The translations under genes were made by a program, and so were the position numbers. This document shows, one piece after another, positions 18,914-27,735 of a stretch of DNA of 64,000 bases (positions are counted from its first letter, which is position 1; each line of letters opens with the position of its first letter). Below the pieces are notes generated by a model. It made no database searches and was not told the DNA's origin. It saw nothing but the letters and a program-made list of their open reading frames with translations. Source of the DNA: Candidatus Latescibacterota bacterium (GTDB lineage Bacteria > Latescibacterota > UBA2968 > UBA8231); the NCBI GenBank assembly GCA_965243025.1, contig CBDETY010000003.1, positions 2,304,001 through 2,368,000 on the forward strand. Direction: 5' to 3'.

Positions 18914-20770
18914 TCATGCCTCCTTGCTGGTTAGCGCGCTTTTACCGCTGCGCAACGGGTTGTCTTTCGAAAATGGAGTTTTGCTGCTGTTGCGGACCCG
19001 CAGCCAGGACAGGTAGGGGGAGCCCCCTTCCCCGGCGCTGGCGAAGTCGCACAGGCGCACCCTGCCTCCCCCGGCCCCTTCCATGTCGACGGCGACGACC
19101 GGGTCCGACCCGTCGATTTCGGCCAGCTCCGGGTGCGTCTCCTCGGCGTCGAGCTCGGGAAGCCCGGCCGGGTCGAGGCTGTTGAGGCGGCGGTCGTATG
19201 CAAGCAGGACCGGTCCCCGGTACAATGAGGTCTTGCCGCGGCACTGCTTCTCGCCGCGCCAGAAATGGAGGGAGAAGTCGAGGTCGAGGTCGACCCGGTC
19301 CCCCCGCCTCCAGGTGCGGCGGATCTCCGCGTAGGAGCCGGCTTCGGCGGCAACCGGCTCGCCGTTGACGCGCAGGGAGGTCTGCTTCGACCAGTGGGGA
19401 ATGCGCAGCTTGAGGGCGAACTCCGCCGCCCTTGCGGGGCTGACCCGAAGCCGCACCGAGCCCTGTCGCGGGTACTCCGTCTCCTGCTTCAAATCCACGG
19501 AGGTGCCGCCGGCCCGAACCGTCATCGACCCGGGGCCGTACCAGTTGAGGATCAGCCCTCCCCGCTCCCTCATCAGCGCCCAGTCGCCGATCATGCCCAG
19601 CGCCCGCGGGCCGTTGACGCTGCAGCAGTTGAGCTCCGGGCTGCCGGCGCGCGCCTGGAAGACGATGTCGTGGGCGCTGGCGTTGCGCACCCCGTCCATC
19701 GGGGTGTTGTAGGTCACCCAGCGGCCGGAGCGGGAGTGCAGGCCGAAGCCGGAGTTCAGCGTCGCCAGCTCGATCTCGTCGGCGACGACGGAGCTGCCGG
19801 TCACGCGCAGCATCTCGACGCTCATCGCCAGCCAGGCGACCGTGCAGCAGGTCTCGATGGCGGCCCGGTGGTAGGGGTTGCCCTGCGCCTTCTCCCCGGA
19901 AGTGAAGCCGCCGTTGTTGTGGCGGTCGAGCTTGACGATGCTCCACCAGATGTGCTCGAAGGCGGTGCGGAAATCCTCCTCCCCGGTGAGCCAGTAGAGC
20001 TCGGCCATGCCCATGATCGGATGCAGGCTCTCCCAGCGCGGCTTCGGGGTGGCGTAGAACTCCTCTCCGGCCAGGGCGGTGCGCAGGTAGTCCCCGGCGG
20101 GGCCGTCCGGCCCTCTGGCGCCGAACTCGCCGGCGATCTGCAGGGCCATGTCGAGGTAGCGCTGCTCGGGGATCTTGCGGTAGAGCAGGCAGAGGGAGTG
20201 GATGACGGCGAGGTTCATCTCGCTGCTGCCGGTGTCGACGAGGCGCCTGCCGCGCCCCTTGCGGCCGAGGAACTTGCCGCAGACCAGGTCGCCGATGTCC
20301 CGGGCGCACTCGAGGGCCTGGCCGCTGCCGCTCTCCTCGTGCCAGAGCAGCAGCCCGAGCATGGCGTGGTAGTGGCCCCAGGCGTCCCACGTTCTCATGC
20401 CGCGGCGGTTCGGGGCCTTTCCGGTCAGCCGGAAGGCGCGCGGCCAGGGGCCGAGGTACCCGTCCTCCGCCTGCAGCGATGCCAGCTCCGAGGCGAAGCG
20501 CCCGAGGTGGCGGCGCAGGCCGCTCTCCCCGGTGAGCCGCAGGATCTGCACCGAGCTGGTCAGGTACTTGCCGGCGAACTCCCCGGCCCAGGGGACCATG
20601 TCGCGCAGCGGGTAGCGGTCGCGGTCCCGGAACATGTCGAGCATCGCCGGGTTGGCCGCCGGGGCCGGCTTCACCCACTGCTCGGTGACGTTGGCGAGGT
20701 ACTCGGCGGCGAATCCCTCGAGGCGGTAGGCCGTCCTGGCGGGGCGGGTGCAGACAGGTGTGGCGGTCAT
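18914..20770 (-). CDS. GH127 beta-L-arabinofuranosidase-like glycoside hydrolase
   Basis: GEFAGK, GGFTSGE, ETCCT and NCCSVN (Zn/Cys catalytic motifs), LRIPHW, YRGPVLLA. Confidence 0.85.
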   Translation of the reverse strand: MTATPVCTRPARTAYRLEGFAAEYLANVTEQWVKPAPAANPAMLDMFRDRDRYPLRDMVPWAGEFAGKYLTSSVQILRLTGESGLRRHLGRFASELASLQAEDGYLGPWPRAFRLTGKAPNRRGMRTWDAWGHYHAMLGLLLWHEESGSGQALECARDIGDLVCGKFLGRKGRGRRLVDTGSSEMNLAVIHSLCLLYRKIPEQRYLDMALQIAGEFGARGPDGPAGDYLRTALAGEEFYATPKPRWESLHPIMGMAELYWLTGEEDFRTAFEHIWWSIVKLDRHNNGGFTSGEKAQGNPYHRAAIETCCTVAWLAMSVEMLRVTGSSVVADEIELATLNSGFGLHSRSGRWVTYNTPMDGVRNASAHDIVFQARAGSPELNCCSVNGPRALGMIGDWALMRERGGLILNWYGPGSMTVRAGGTSVDLKQETEYPRQGSVRLRVSPARAAEFALKLRIPHWSKQTSLRVNGEPVAAEAGSYAEIRRTWRRGDRVDLDLDFSLHFWRGEKQCRGKTSLYRGPVLLAYDRRLNSLDPAGLPELDAEETHPELAEIDGSDPVVAVDMEGAGGGRVRLCDFASAGEGGSPYLSWLRVRNSSKTPFSKDNPLRSGKSALTSKEA

Positions 20771-21039
20771 GCGGTATTCCTGTTGGATGGTGGGGCTGAT
20801 TCGGGGCAACCGCTGCGGGCGGTGAAAGTCGCGACAACGGCGCGGGGGAAGCAATCGGGCCGGCAGCAAGGCGCAAGCGAGCCGAAAAGATAAGGCGGGC
20901 AACGGCAACTGGAGAGAAGGAGGCAGCCGCAACCCTGAGAAATGGCAGCACCGCCCGGGTTTATGAAGACACTACCCGGCGGAGGAGCCTGTTGGAAAGG
21001 AGATCTCCGGATTGGTCAGTTTGCTGCCCGGTCTCGCGA

Positions 21040-21180
21040 TCAGGGCGTTTCTTCGATGTCGTCGACCGCCTCTCCCACCACCTCCATGCCGTCCTGCCCG
21101 GCAAGGAACTCCCTGACGGTTTCCCGCAGCATTTCATGGTCGTCTTCCAGTACTACTCGGATGGTCGTGATTCGGGTCAC
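21040..21180 (-). pseudogene. Truncated NarL-family response-regulator fragment (46 aa)
   Basis: VTRITTIRVVLEDDHEMLRETVREFLAGQDGMEVVGEA then stop; aligns to the N-terminus of the regulator at 28461-29096; GAAGGA RBS. Confidence 0.7.
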
Positions 21181-21239
21181 TCCTTCGCCGCGGCAACAGA
21201 GGCAATATCGGGCACGCCACTCCTGCCCGGGAACTCTCA

Positions 21240-23984
21240 TCAGTGCCGCACGAGCTGATAATCCCGCGCGTACACGAAGTCGTCGTCGTGGTCGCTGTTG
21301 TGACATTCCAGACAGGTCCGTTCCGACGGAAGGCGCCGGACCGTCTCGCTGGAAGGACGCTCGATATGGATGCTTCCAGGTCCGTGACAGACCTCGCACT
21401 GCACGTTTGCCAGGCTGCGGTCCGGTTCGAGAATCGAGAACCCGCTGTCGCGGTTCAGCCCGGCCACGTGGCATTTCACGCACTTGGAAAACTGGTGGCG
21501 GTGCGCGTCGAGCAGGGTCGTATAGGCATCGGCGTGCCGGGTCGACTGCCACTGTTCCCACTGCGCCGAGTGGCAGGTACGGCATTCCTGCGTCCCCACG
21601 TACTTCCTCTCGTCGTGAACCGGGTCCCACTCGAAGAGCGGCGGGATGTTTCCTTCCAGCAGCTCCTCCTGTTCGGCCACGGACCGGTAGTAGGAATCGA
21701 GGTAGGCTTTCATGTCCTCGTCTTCGCGCATCTCGTACAAGGCCAGCAGGTAGTTGCCCTCGAACGAGGTGAATCGGCCCTCTCCATCTATGCCGATATC
21801 GACGTGATGCAGGCCGTACACGTCTGCGTTCGCGTAGATGACCAGCACGTCGTCGAGGAAGCCGTACATCGATTCAGTCCGCTTTCCCCCCTGGCCGTCG
21901 GCGCGTATCACGTCGAGGGCGGGGGCGTGGTGCCCGGTGGTGATGACCAGGTCCAGGGCCGGGAACTCCTGCACCAGGTCATGGACGAGGCCGGTGTTCA
22001 GCTCGCCGATGACCCCGACGAAGTCCGCCTGCTCCCTCAGCCCGGGCAGGTATTCCCGTACCGTCTCCTTCGGGTCGGCTGTCTCCAGGTCCCGGGTGTT
22101 GTCTTCATACAGCGAGGGCTCGATGGCCACCGTCGCCTGCAGCAGACCAATGAAAGCGATCGTGTACGGTCCCACCTCGATGGCGTACGTCGGCGCGCCG
22201 ACGAGGGAACCCTCGTGGTACAGGTTGGCGTTTATCAGGGGCACGGGACTGTTGCGGGCCTGGGTCCGAAGAAACTCGCTGCCGTGGTAGGTCTCGTTGC
22301 GCGCGATGACGGAAAAGCCGTACTCCATCCGCCTCAGCCCTCCGAGGTAGGTCGCCAATTCGCTTTCCGTCAGGGCGTCCATTGCCGGAACGTCCTGTTC
22401 GTGGGGAAAGGCGTTTCCGGCATCGATGACGGCCACGCTCCTGCGCCTTTGTTTTATCTGGTCGATGAGGGTGGCGCGGCGGGTGATCCCGCCCGACATG
22501 TTGGACTTGCAGCCGCAGGCTTCGAGAAAGCTCCTCGTTTTTCCGGTCACGATCAGGGTGATCGTGTCTACCGCGGTCTCCGACCGCGACCACGGCAGGC
22601 GGGGCGGTTGATCACCGGGCACCGGACCGTCGGCGTGCCACAGAGGCTCCGGAGGAGGCGAACCGGGGCCGGGGTTGGTGCGTTCGTACAGCGCCGACAG
22701 AAGATCGGCGCCGGCGACCCGCTCGATCGCGCCTCCCAGATCGACGCCCTCCCGTCGCCAGTAGGCGTACTCCAGAACGTCCTGCAGATCCTGTTCCCCG
22801 TCCGTGCTCCTGGAGATCTGCATATCGAGGTAATGGGCGAGGGCCAGGCCGCTGTGCCTTATCAGCGACTCTTTGGCGGCGCTGTGCGTGTAGTAAGTCT
22901 CCGGGACGATTCCCTTGCTGAAGTGGGACACCCGGAAGCGGTTGTGATTCCTGTACGCTTCGTACAGGTACGGCTCCAGATCGGAAATGACCCCGTGCTT
23001 CCGCAGGCCCTGGAGACCCAGGTACATGCTGGCCCCTTCCACGAACCAGAAGTCGGATGCCTGGGCCAGTTCCATGCGGTGGGGGGCGTGCCGCAGCCAT
23101 CGGTAGGCGATGCGGGTGGCCACCGAGAGCCACCTTCCCGGGGTGGCCGGCTCCATTTCCCCGGCTTGGCCATAAGACGTGCTTGGAATGTGAATGCTCA
23201 TTCCATCCGCCGTCTTGGGGGTCAGAATGACCGTGTACGGTTCTGGAACCGGCGCCTGCAGGGCCCTCGTCATGTACTCGTAGAGGCTCCATGCTCTTCT
23301 GGCCAGCTCCTCCTGCCGTGCGCTCGACCACCCGTCGTACAGCACAACGCGCACGGGAGCCGTCCCGATGGTCATCTCTCGCGCGGTCAATGCGCCCAGG
23401 GCTACTGCGCCGTTGACCAGATCCTCCAGGCCGGTGCCGTACAGGCGCGGTTCGTACGTGCCGGCTTCACCCTTGGCCGGGATCCAGGTGGTCTCGACGG
23501 CCCAGCCTCCGGGTCCCTGGATCGAAACCGCAATGTGATCGAACTGCCCATAGGGAACGAGGAAGAGGTTGCGGCCGGAAACGAGATGGAAATCCTCCCC
23601 CAGGTAGCCGCTGACCTCGGTGGAATGGCGCCCGTGCCCGCCGCCGATCGGCCGTCCCGGCCGCACCCGGTACTCGGCGCGCAGCTCGCTGCCCGGCGCC
23701 TTCACGCGGTAGGTCGTCCGGCCGGTGGCCGATACCCGTTGCGCATGCGGAACGGGCCTGGCCTCGGAGTCGCGGAGTTGCAGCCCCGTAACGCCGATGT
23801 ACGGGTCGGCCTCGAAGGCCTGCAGAAAAACGGAATCGGCCTCGATGCCGCTGATCCTCAACCCGACCGCTACCGACTCCGCGTCAGGCGATTCTACTTG
23901 CACTTGGTACGCGAGCCGCAGGCCCGGGTCCGAGCAGGCGGAGAAAAGCAGCACGGCTGCGGGGAGGAAGCGAGAAAGGATCAT
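21240..23984 (-). CDS. Lipoprotein fusion: M61/gluzincin-like domain lacking HExxH, 5'-nucleotidase/metallophosphoesterase-like domain with CGC motif, and tetraheme cytochrome c (c554-like)
   Basis: LFSAC lipobox; WFVEGASMY; LEACGC..SGGITRRAT..DAGN; CRTCH, CVKCH, CEVCHGPGS, CLECH. Confidence 0.75.
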   Translation of the reverse strand: MILSRFLPAAVLLFSACSDPGLRLAYQVQVESPDAESVAVGLRISGIEADSVFLQAFEADPYIGVTGLQLRDSEARPVPHAQRVSATGRTTYRVKAPGSELRAEYRVRPGRPIGGGHGRHSTEVSGYLGEDFHLVSGRNLFLVPYGQFDHIAVSIQGPGGWAVETTWIPAKGEAGTYEPRLYGTGLEDLVNGAVALGALTAREMTIGTAPVRVVLYDGWSSARQEELARRAWSLYEYMTRALQAPVPEPYTVILTPKTADGMSIHIPSTSYGQAGEMEPATPGRWLSVATRIAYRWLRHAPHRMELAQASDFWFVEGASMYLGLQGLRKHGVISDLEPYLYEAYRNHNRFRVSHFSKGIVPETYYTHSAAKESLIRHSGLALAHYLDMQISRSTDGEQDLQDVLEYAYWRREGVDLGGAIERVAGADLLSALYERTNPGPGSPPPEPLWHADGPVPGDQPPRLPWSRSETAVDTITLIVTGKTRSFLEACGCKSNMSGGITRRATLIDQIKQRRRSVAVIDAGNAFPHEQDVPAMDALTESELATYLGGLRRMEYGFSVIARNETYHGSEFLRTQARNSPVPLINANLYHEGSLVGAPTYAIEVGPYTIAFIGLLQATVAIEPSLYEDNTRDLETADPKETVREYLPGLREQADFVGVIGELNTGLVHDLVQEFPALDLVITTGHHAPALDVIRADGQGGKRTESMYGFLDDVLVIYANADVYGLHHVDIGIDGEGRFTSFEGNYLLALYEMREDEDMKAYLDSYYRSVAEQEELLEGNIPPLFEWDPVHDERKYVGTQECRTCHSAQWEQWQSTRHADAYTTLLDAHRHQFSKCVKCHVAGLNRDSGFSILEPDRSLANVQCEVCHGPGSIHIERPSSETVRRLPSERTCLECHNSDHDDDFVYARDYQLVRH

Positions 23985-24016
23985 GCCGGTTTTCTCCTGC
24001 GTTCTCTTTTCCCGTT

Positions 24017-24601
24017 CTATATGGATGGACCGAGAAGCGCTTCGATCACCGCGGCCACACTGTCCGCGGCGGTCACCACCCCGCGCTGCTCCAGGTGGAT
24101 CGTCCCATCGCGAGCGACGAGCACCGACAGGGGAATTCCCTTGTCGACGCCATACTGTCGCAAGAGGCTGGTGTCCGCGGTGGCGGGCATCAGGATCGGG
24201 TAGGGGACCTCGAGGTTCTCGACCCACAGCTCCACCGCGAGACGGGTGGAGGATACGGCTATCCCCCATACATCCAGCCCGCGTTCCCGGTACCGGGTGT
24301 AAAGGTCGTTGAGGACCGGCTGTTCCTCCCGGCAGGGACCGCACCAGGTAGCCCAGAAGTTCAGGAGCAGCACCTTGTCCCGTTGCGCCGGGACCTTCAG
24401 GGTGTCGCCGCCAAGCGAGGCAATAGCAAAGCCGGGAGCTGTTTTGCCGGGCGCTGATTTAGCCGGCGCGGGTGGCTCCTCGGCAGCGGGTGCGCAGGAA
24501 TGCAAACAGGCCGCCAACCCCAGGCATGAGAACGCACGGGCGATTCTGCCGAGCTTTATCCAGGCGGTGTTTCGGGGCGGCCTGTTTTGGCGCGTCTTCA
24601 T
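24017..24601 (-). CDS. TlpA/ResA-family thiol-disulfide oxidoreductase lipoprotein
   Basis: LLNFWATWCGPC, GIP cis-Pro, LHSC lipobox. Confidence 0.88.
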   Translation of the reverse strand: MKTRQNRPPRNTAWIKLGRIARAFSCLGLAACLHSCAPAAEEPPAPAKSAPGKTAPGFAIASLGGDTLKVPAQRDKVLLLNFWATWCGPCREEQPVLNDLYTRYRERGLDVWGIAVSSTRLAVELWVENLEVPYPILMPATADTSLLRQYGVDKGIPLSVLVARDGTIHLEQRGVVTAADSVAAVIEALLGPSI

Positions 24602-24603
24602 TC

Positions 24604-24693
24604 TCAGAACGGATACACCCGGTCGCCGCCATGCCCGAGGACGGAGTCCATGCCGAACAAGGCGATTACGGCTGAAAGAAGGACCACATGCAT
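24604..24693 (-). pseudogene. Truncated fourth copy of the tandem paralog (29 aa)
   Basis: MHVVLLSAVIALFGMDSVLGHGGDRVYPF* near-identical to the starts of the adjacent copies; GGAGG RBS lost. Confidence 0.85.
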
Positions 24694-24701
24694 GGTCAAA
24701 C

Positions 24702-25652
24702 CTATTGCGAGAAACTCGCCTTGATGCGCGCCCACGAGTCGGGTGCGACCGCGGTACCACCACCACCACCACTGTCGACGCCGTTCGCCGAAAGCAGAAT
24801 GCCATCCATCATGACAACGTGGTCCCTAATACGACCCTCATCGTAGTGCCCGACCATATGAGTTTCTCGCGCCCTATTGCTGCCCGGCCCATGGGTGGCA
24901 GGCTCATCGAAATCGCCTACAAACACCTGAAACCCGACAATCCGTCCCGCACTCAGATCCGAGACGACGCTGTTTTCCGGCTCCCTCCGGATCAACAGGT
25001 CGAACGGGGTGACGAAGAACTCGGTGATCCAGACAACTGGATTTTCCCCGACTACGGAGCCGCCACCGTCTCCATAGGGAGGATATCCCCACCAGTTCTC
25101 ATCCCACCACATTTCCAAAACAGACAGGCCAACGTGGGAAGTCTCTCGACGAAGCGGCACAGCGCTGTAGAATTGGGACCCTTGACCCATCAGTCCGGAA
25201 TCTTCCCCCTTGTCGTCACGTCTGGCAACGCTTTCATCCCATCCCGGTGAACCGTCATGATCACCATCGACTTCAATGGAGAGATGATCCTCGCCCTCTC
25301 GGTCAAAATAATTGTCAGACTTTTCATCCTCTCCCACATAAACGTCATCTATGCAGATGGCGCCTACATAGATCCGGTTGGAAGCGTCGTTCCATCCCAG
25401 CCAGATTCGAAAATCGAGGTCGGACGGATTGTATCCCGTCACCCATTTGTCTCGGTCGAACGCCGTGAAGTCCAAGCTCGTGAGGGAAGGCTCCCCGAAC
25501 AGCTCCTCCCAGTCTTCTATGGATCCATCGGTCACGTCGATCGCGTTCTCGTCGGTTATCTCGTAGAACGGATACACCCGGTCGCCCCCGTGCCCGAGGA
25601 CGGGGTCCATGCCGAACAAGGCGATTACGGCTGAAAGAAGGATCACATGCAT
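24702..25652 (-). CDS. Secreted CBM9/DOMON-like protein with C-terminal TAV..SWARIK motif, copy A
   Basis: Signal peptide, DGSIEDW, WLGWN..IYVG, IEVDGDHDG, TAVAPDSWARIKASF. Confidence 0.7.
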   Translation of the reverse strand: MHVILLSAVIALFGMDPVLGHGGDRVYPFYEITDENAIDVTDGSIEDWEELFGEPSLTSLDFTAFDRDKWVTGYNPSDLDFRIWLGWNDASNRIYVGAICIDDVYVGEDEKSDNYFDREGEDHLSIEVDGDHDGSPGWDESVARRDDKGEDSGLMGQGSQFYSAVPLRRETSHVGLSVLEMWWDENWWGYPPYGDGGGSVVGENPVVWITEFFVTPFDLLIRREPENSVVSDLSAGRIVGFQVFVGDFDEPATHGPGSNRARETHMVGHYDEGRIRDHVVMMDGILLSANGVDSGGGGGTAVAPDSWARIKASFSQ

Positions 25653-25661
25653 GACAGCCTC

Positions 25662-26621
25662 CTATTGCGAGAAGCTCGCCTTGATGCGCGCCCACGAGTC
25701 GGGTGCGACCGCGGTACCACCACCACTGTCGATGCCGTTCGCCGAAAGCAGAATGCCATCCATCCAAGTATCGGTGTCACCAATAACGTCACGAAGAGTG
25801 CCTCCGTAATAGCTACCCAACACATGAAGTTTTCCCGCTCTATTTCCACCAGGCCCACTGATTGCCGGCTCGTCGAAATCTCCGATTGACACACGGAACC
25901 CGACAATCTGCTCCGCACCCAGATCCGAGACGAGGCTGTTTTCCGGTTCCTTGCGAATCAACATGTCGAACGGGGTGACGTAGAACTCCGTGACCCAGAC
26001 CACGGGATTTTCTCCGGCGACCGAGCCGCCACCGTTCCCGTATGGAGGGTATCCCCACCAGCTCTCACCTTCAAAAAAGGTCTCGAAAAAAGGAATTCCG
26101 ACGTTTGACGCTTCACGGCGAACCGGTACCCCCGAATAGACTTGCGCCGCCTGACCGTATTTTCCGGAATCGTCGCCTTCGTCAAGATTGACCTCATCCC
26201 ATTGCGGGAAACCGTCATGATCGCCATCAATCATAAGAGTCACCGAATCCTCACCCTGACGCTCCAGGTACTTAAAAGATCTTTCCTCCTCGCCTATGTA
26301 CCTGTCGTCAATGCAGATAGCGCCTATGTAGATGCGGTCGGAAGCCCCGTTCCAGCCCAGATAGATGCGGAAGTCGAGATCGGACGGGTTGTATCCCATG
26401 CTCTCACCACTAAGGAAGTAGGAGTCGAACCCGGTGAAATCCAGGCTCGTGAGGGAAGGCTCCCCGAACAGCTCCTCCCAGTCTTCTATTGTTCCATCGG
26501 TCACGTCGATCGCGTTCTCGTCGGGTATCTCGTAGAACGGATACACCCGGTCGCCCCCATGCCCGAGGACGGGGTCCATGCCGAATAAGGCGATTACGGC
26601 TGAAAGAAGGATCACATGCAT
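25662..26621 (-). CDS. Secreted CBM9/DOMON-like protein, copy B
   Basis: Same motifs as copy A; TAGGAGG stop/RBS coupling. Confidence 0.7.
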   Translation of the reverse strand: MHVILLSAVIALFGMDPVLGHGGDRVYPFYEIPDENAIDVTDGTIEDWEELFGEPSLTSLDFTGFDSYFLSGESMGYNPSDLDFRIYLGWNGASDRIYIGAICIDDRYIGEEERSFKYLERQGEDSVTLMIDGDHDGFPQWDEVNLDEGDDSGKYGQAAQVYSGVPVRREASNVGIPFFETFFEGESWWGYPPYGNGGGSVAGENPVVWVTEFYVTPFDMLIRKEPENSLVSDLGAEQIVGFRVSIGDFDEPAISGPGGNRAGKLHVLGSYYGGTLRDVIGDTDTWMDGILLSANGIDSGGGTAVAPDSWARIKASFSQ

Positions 26622-26630
26622 GGCAGCCTC

Positions 26631-27587
26631 CTATTGCGAGAAGCTCGCCTTGATGCGCGCCCACGAGTCGGGCTTGACCGCGGTGCCACCGCCGTCGATG
26701 CCGTTCGCAGGGAGCAGAATGCCATCCATCCAAGTATCGGTGTCACCTAAAGCGTCACGAACAGTGCTTCCGTGATGGCTACCCAACACATGAGGTTTTC
26801 CCGCAAAGTTTCCACCCGGCCCATTGACAGCCGGCTCGTCGAAATCTCCGATTGTCACTCGGAACCCGACAATCTGCTCCGCACCCAGATCCGAGACGAG
26901 GCTGTTTTCCGGTTCCTTGCGAATCAACATGTCGAACGGGGTGACGAAGAACTCCGTGACCCAGACCACGGGGTTTTCGCCGGCGACCGAGCCGCCACCG
27001 TTCCCGTACGGAGGGTATCCCCACCAGTTCTCACCTTCGAAATAGGTCTCGAAAAAAGGAATTCCGACGGTTGACGTTTCACGGCGGACCGGTACCCCCG
27101 AATAAATTTGCGCCGCCTGATCATGTTTTCCGGAATCGTCGCCTTCGTCAAGATTGACTTTATCCCATTGTGAAGAACCGTCGTGATCGCCGTCAATCAA
27201 AAGAGTCACCGAATCCTCACCCTGACGCTCCAGGTAGCCGAAAGATCTTTCCTCCTCACCTATGTACTCGTCGTCGATGCAGATGGCGCCTATGTAGATT
27301 TGGTCGGAAGCCCCGTTCCAGCCCAGATAAATGCGGAAGTCGAGATCGGACGGGTTGTAATCCATGCTCTCCCCGGAACTCTGGTAAGAGGTAAAACCGG
27401 TAAAATCCAGGCTCGTGAGAGACGGCTCTCCGAAAAGCTCTTCCCAGTCTTCTATCGATCCATCGGTCACGTCGATCGCGTTCTGGTCGGGTATCTCGTA
27501 GAACGGATACACCCGGTCGCCGCCATGTCCGTGGGCGGCGCCGAAGCCGAATAAGGCGATTACGGCTGAAAACAATATGATGCCCAT
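26631..27587 (-). CDS. Secreted CBM9/DOMON-like protein, copy C
   Basis: Start MGIILFSAV after AGGAGG; TAVKPDSWARIKASF. Confidence 0.7.
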   Translation of the reverse strand: MGIILFSAVIALFGFGAAHGHGGDRVYPFYEIPDQNAIDVTDGSIEDWEELFGEPSLTSLDFTGFTSYQSSGESMDYNPSDLDFRIYLGWNGASDQIYIGAICIDDEYIGEEERSFGYLERQGEDSVTLLIDGDHDGSSQWDKVNLDEGDDSGKHDQAAQIYSGVPVRRETSTVGIPFFETYFEGENWWGYPPYGNGGGSVAGENPVVWVTEFFVTPFDMLIRKEPENSLVSDLGAEQIVGFRVTIGDFDEPAVNGPGGNFAGKPHVLGSHHGSTVRDALGDTDTWMDGILLPANGIDGGGTAVKPDSWARIKASFSQ

Positions 27588-27625
27588 GGCTCCTCCTCGT
27601 CTGGTGTTTAGGACTCGGGAAATGG

Positions 27626-27657
27626 AAGCAGGGGGCGCTGCGCGGCGCCCCCTGCTT
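27626..27657 (-). terminator. Strong hairpin (terminator/attenuator or mRNA-stabilising stem) downstream of the peptide gene
   Basis: AAGCAGGGGGCGC-6 nt-GCGCCCCCTGCTT perfect 13-bp stem; T-run on plus strand, partial U-tract on minus strand. Confidence 0.7.
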
Positions 27658-27735
27658 TTGTGTGCAGGCGATCCAATCATCAGAGGGTCCGAACCCTCAC
27701 CGATCATTGAATCGGCTTGCTTCGTCGCTCTCTTG

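Larger units (their letters stand above)
24604..27587 (-). repeat. Tandem gene array, about 960-970 bp unit, 3 full copies plus 1 stub
   Basis: Near-identical junction sequences recur near 24.7, 25.65 and 26.62 kb. Confidence 0.92.

Noticed and set aside
22505-22525. Possible selenocysteine at the CGC motif of the multiheme fusion
   Set aside because: Codons are TGC-GGC-TGC with no in-frame TGA.
23985-24344. N-terminal extensions of ORF-track calls (21240-24344, 24017-24805, 30213-32450, 38304-40100, 59149-60510)
   Set aside because: They overlap neighbouring real genes; downstream starts with RBS or signal peptides fit better.
24702-27587. Diversity-generating retroelement or integron explanation for the paralog array
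   Set aside because: No reverse transcriptase, integrase or attC sites; differences are not adenine-specific; spacers are only 8-9 nt.
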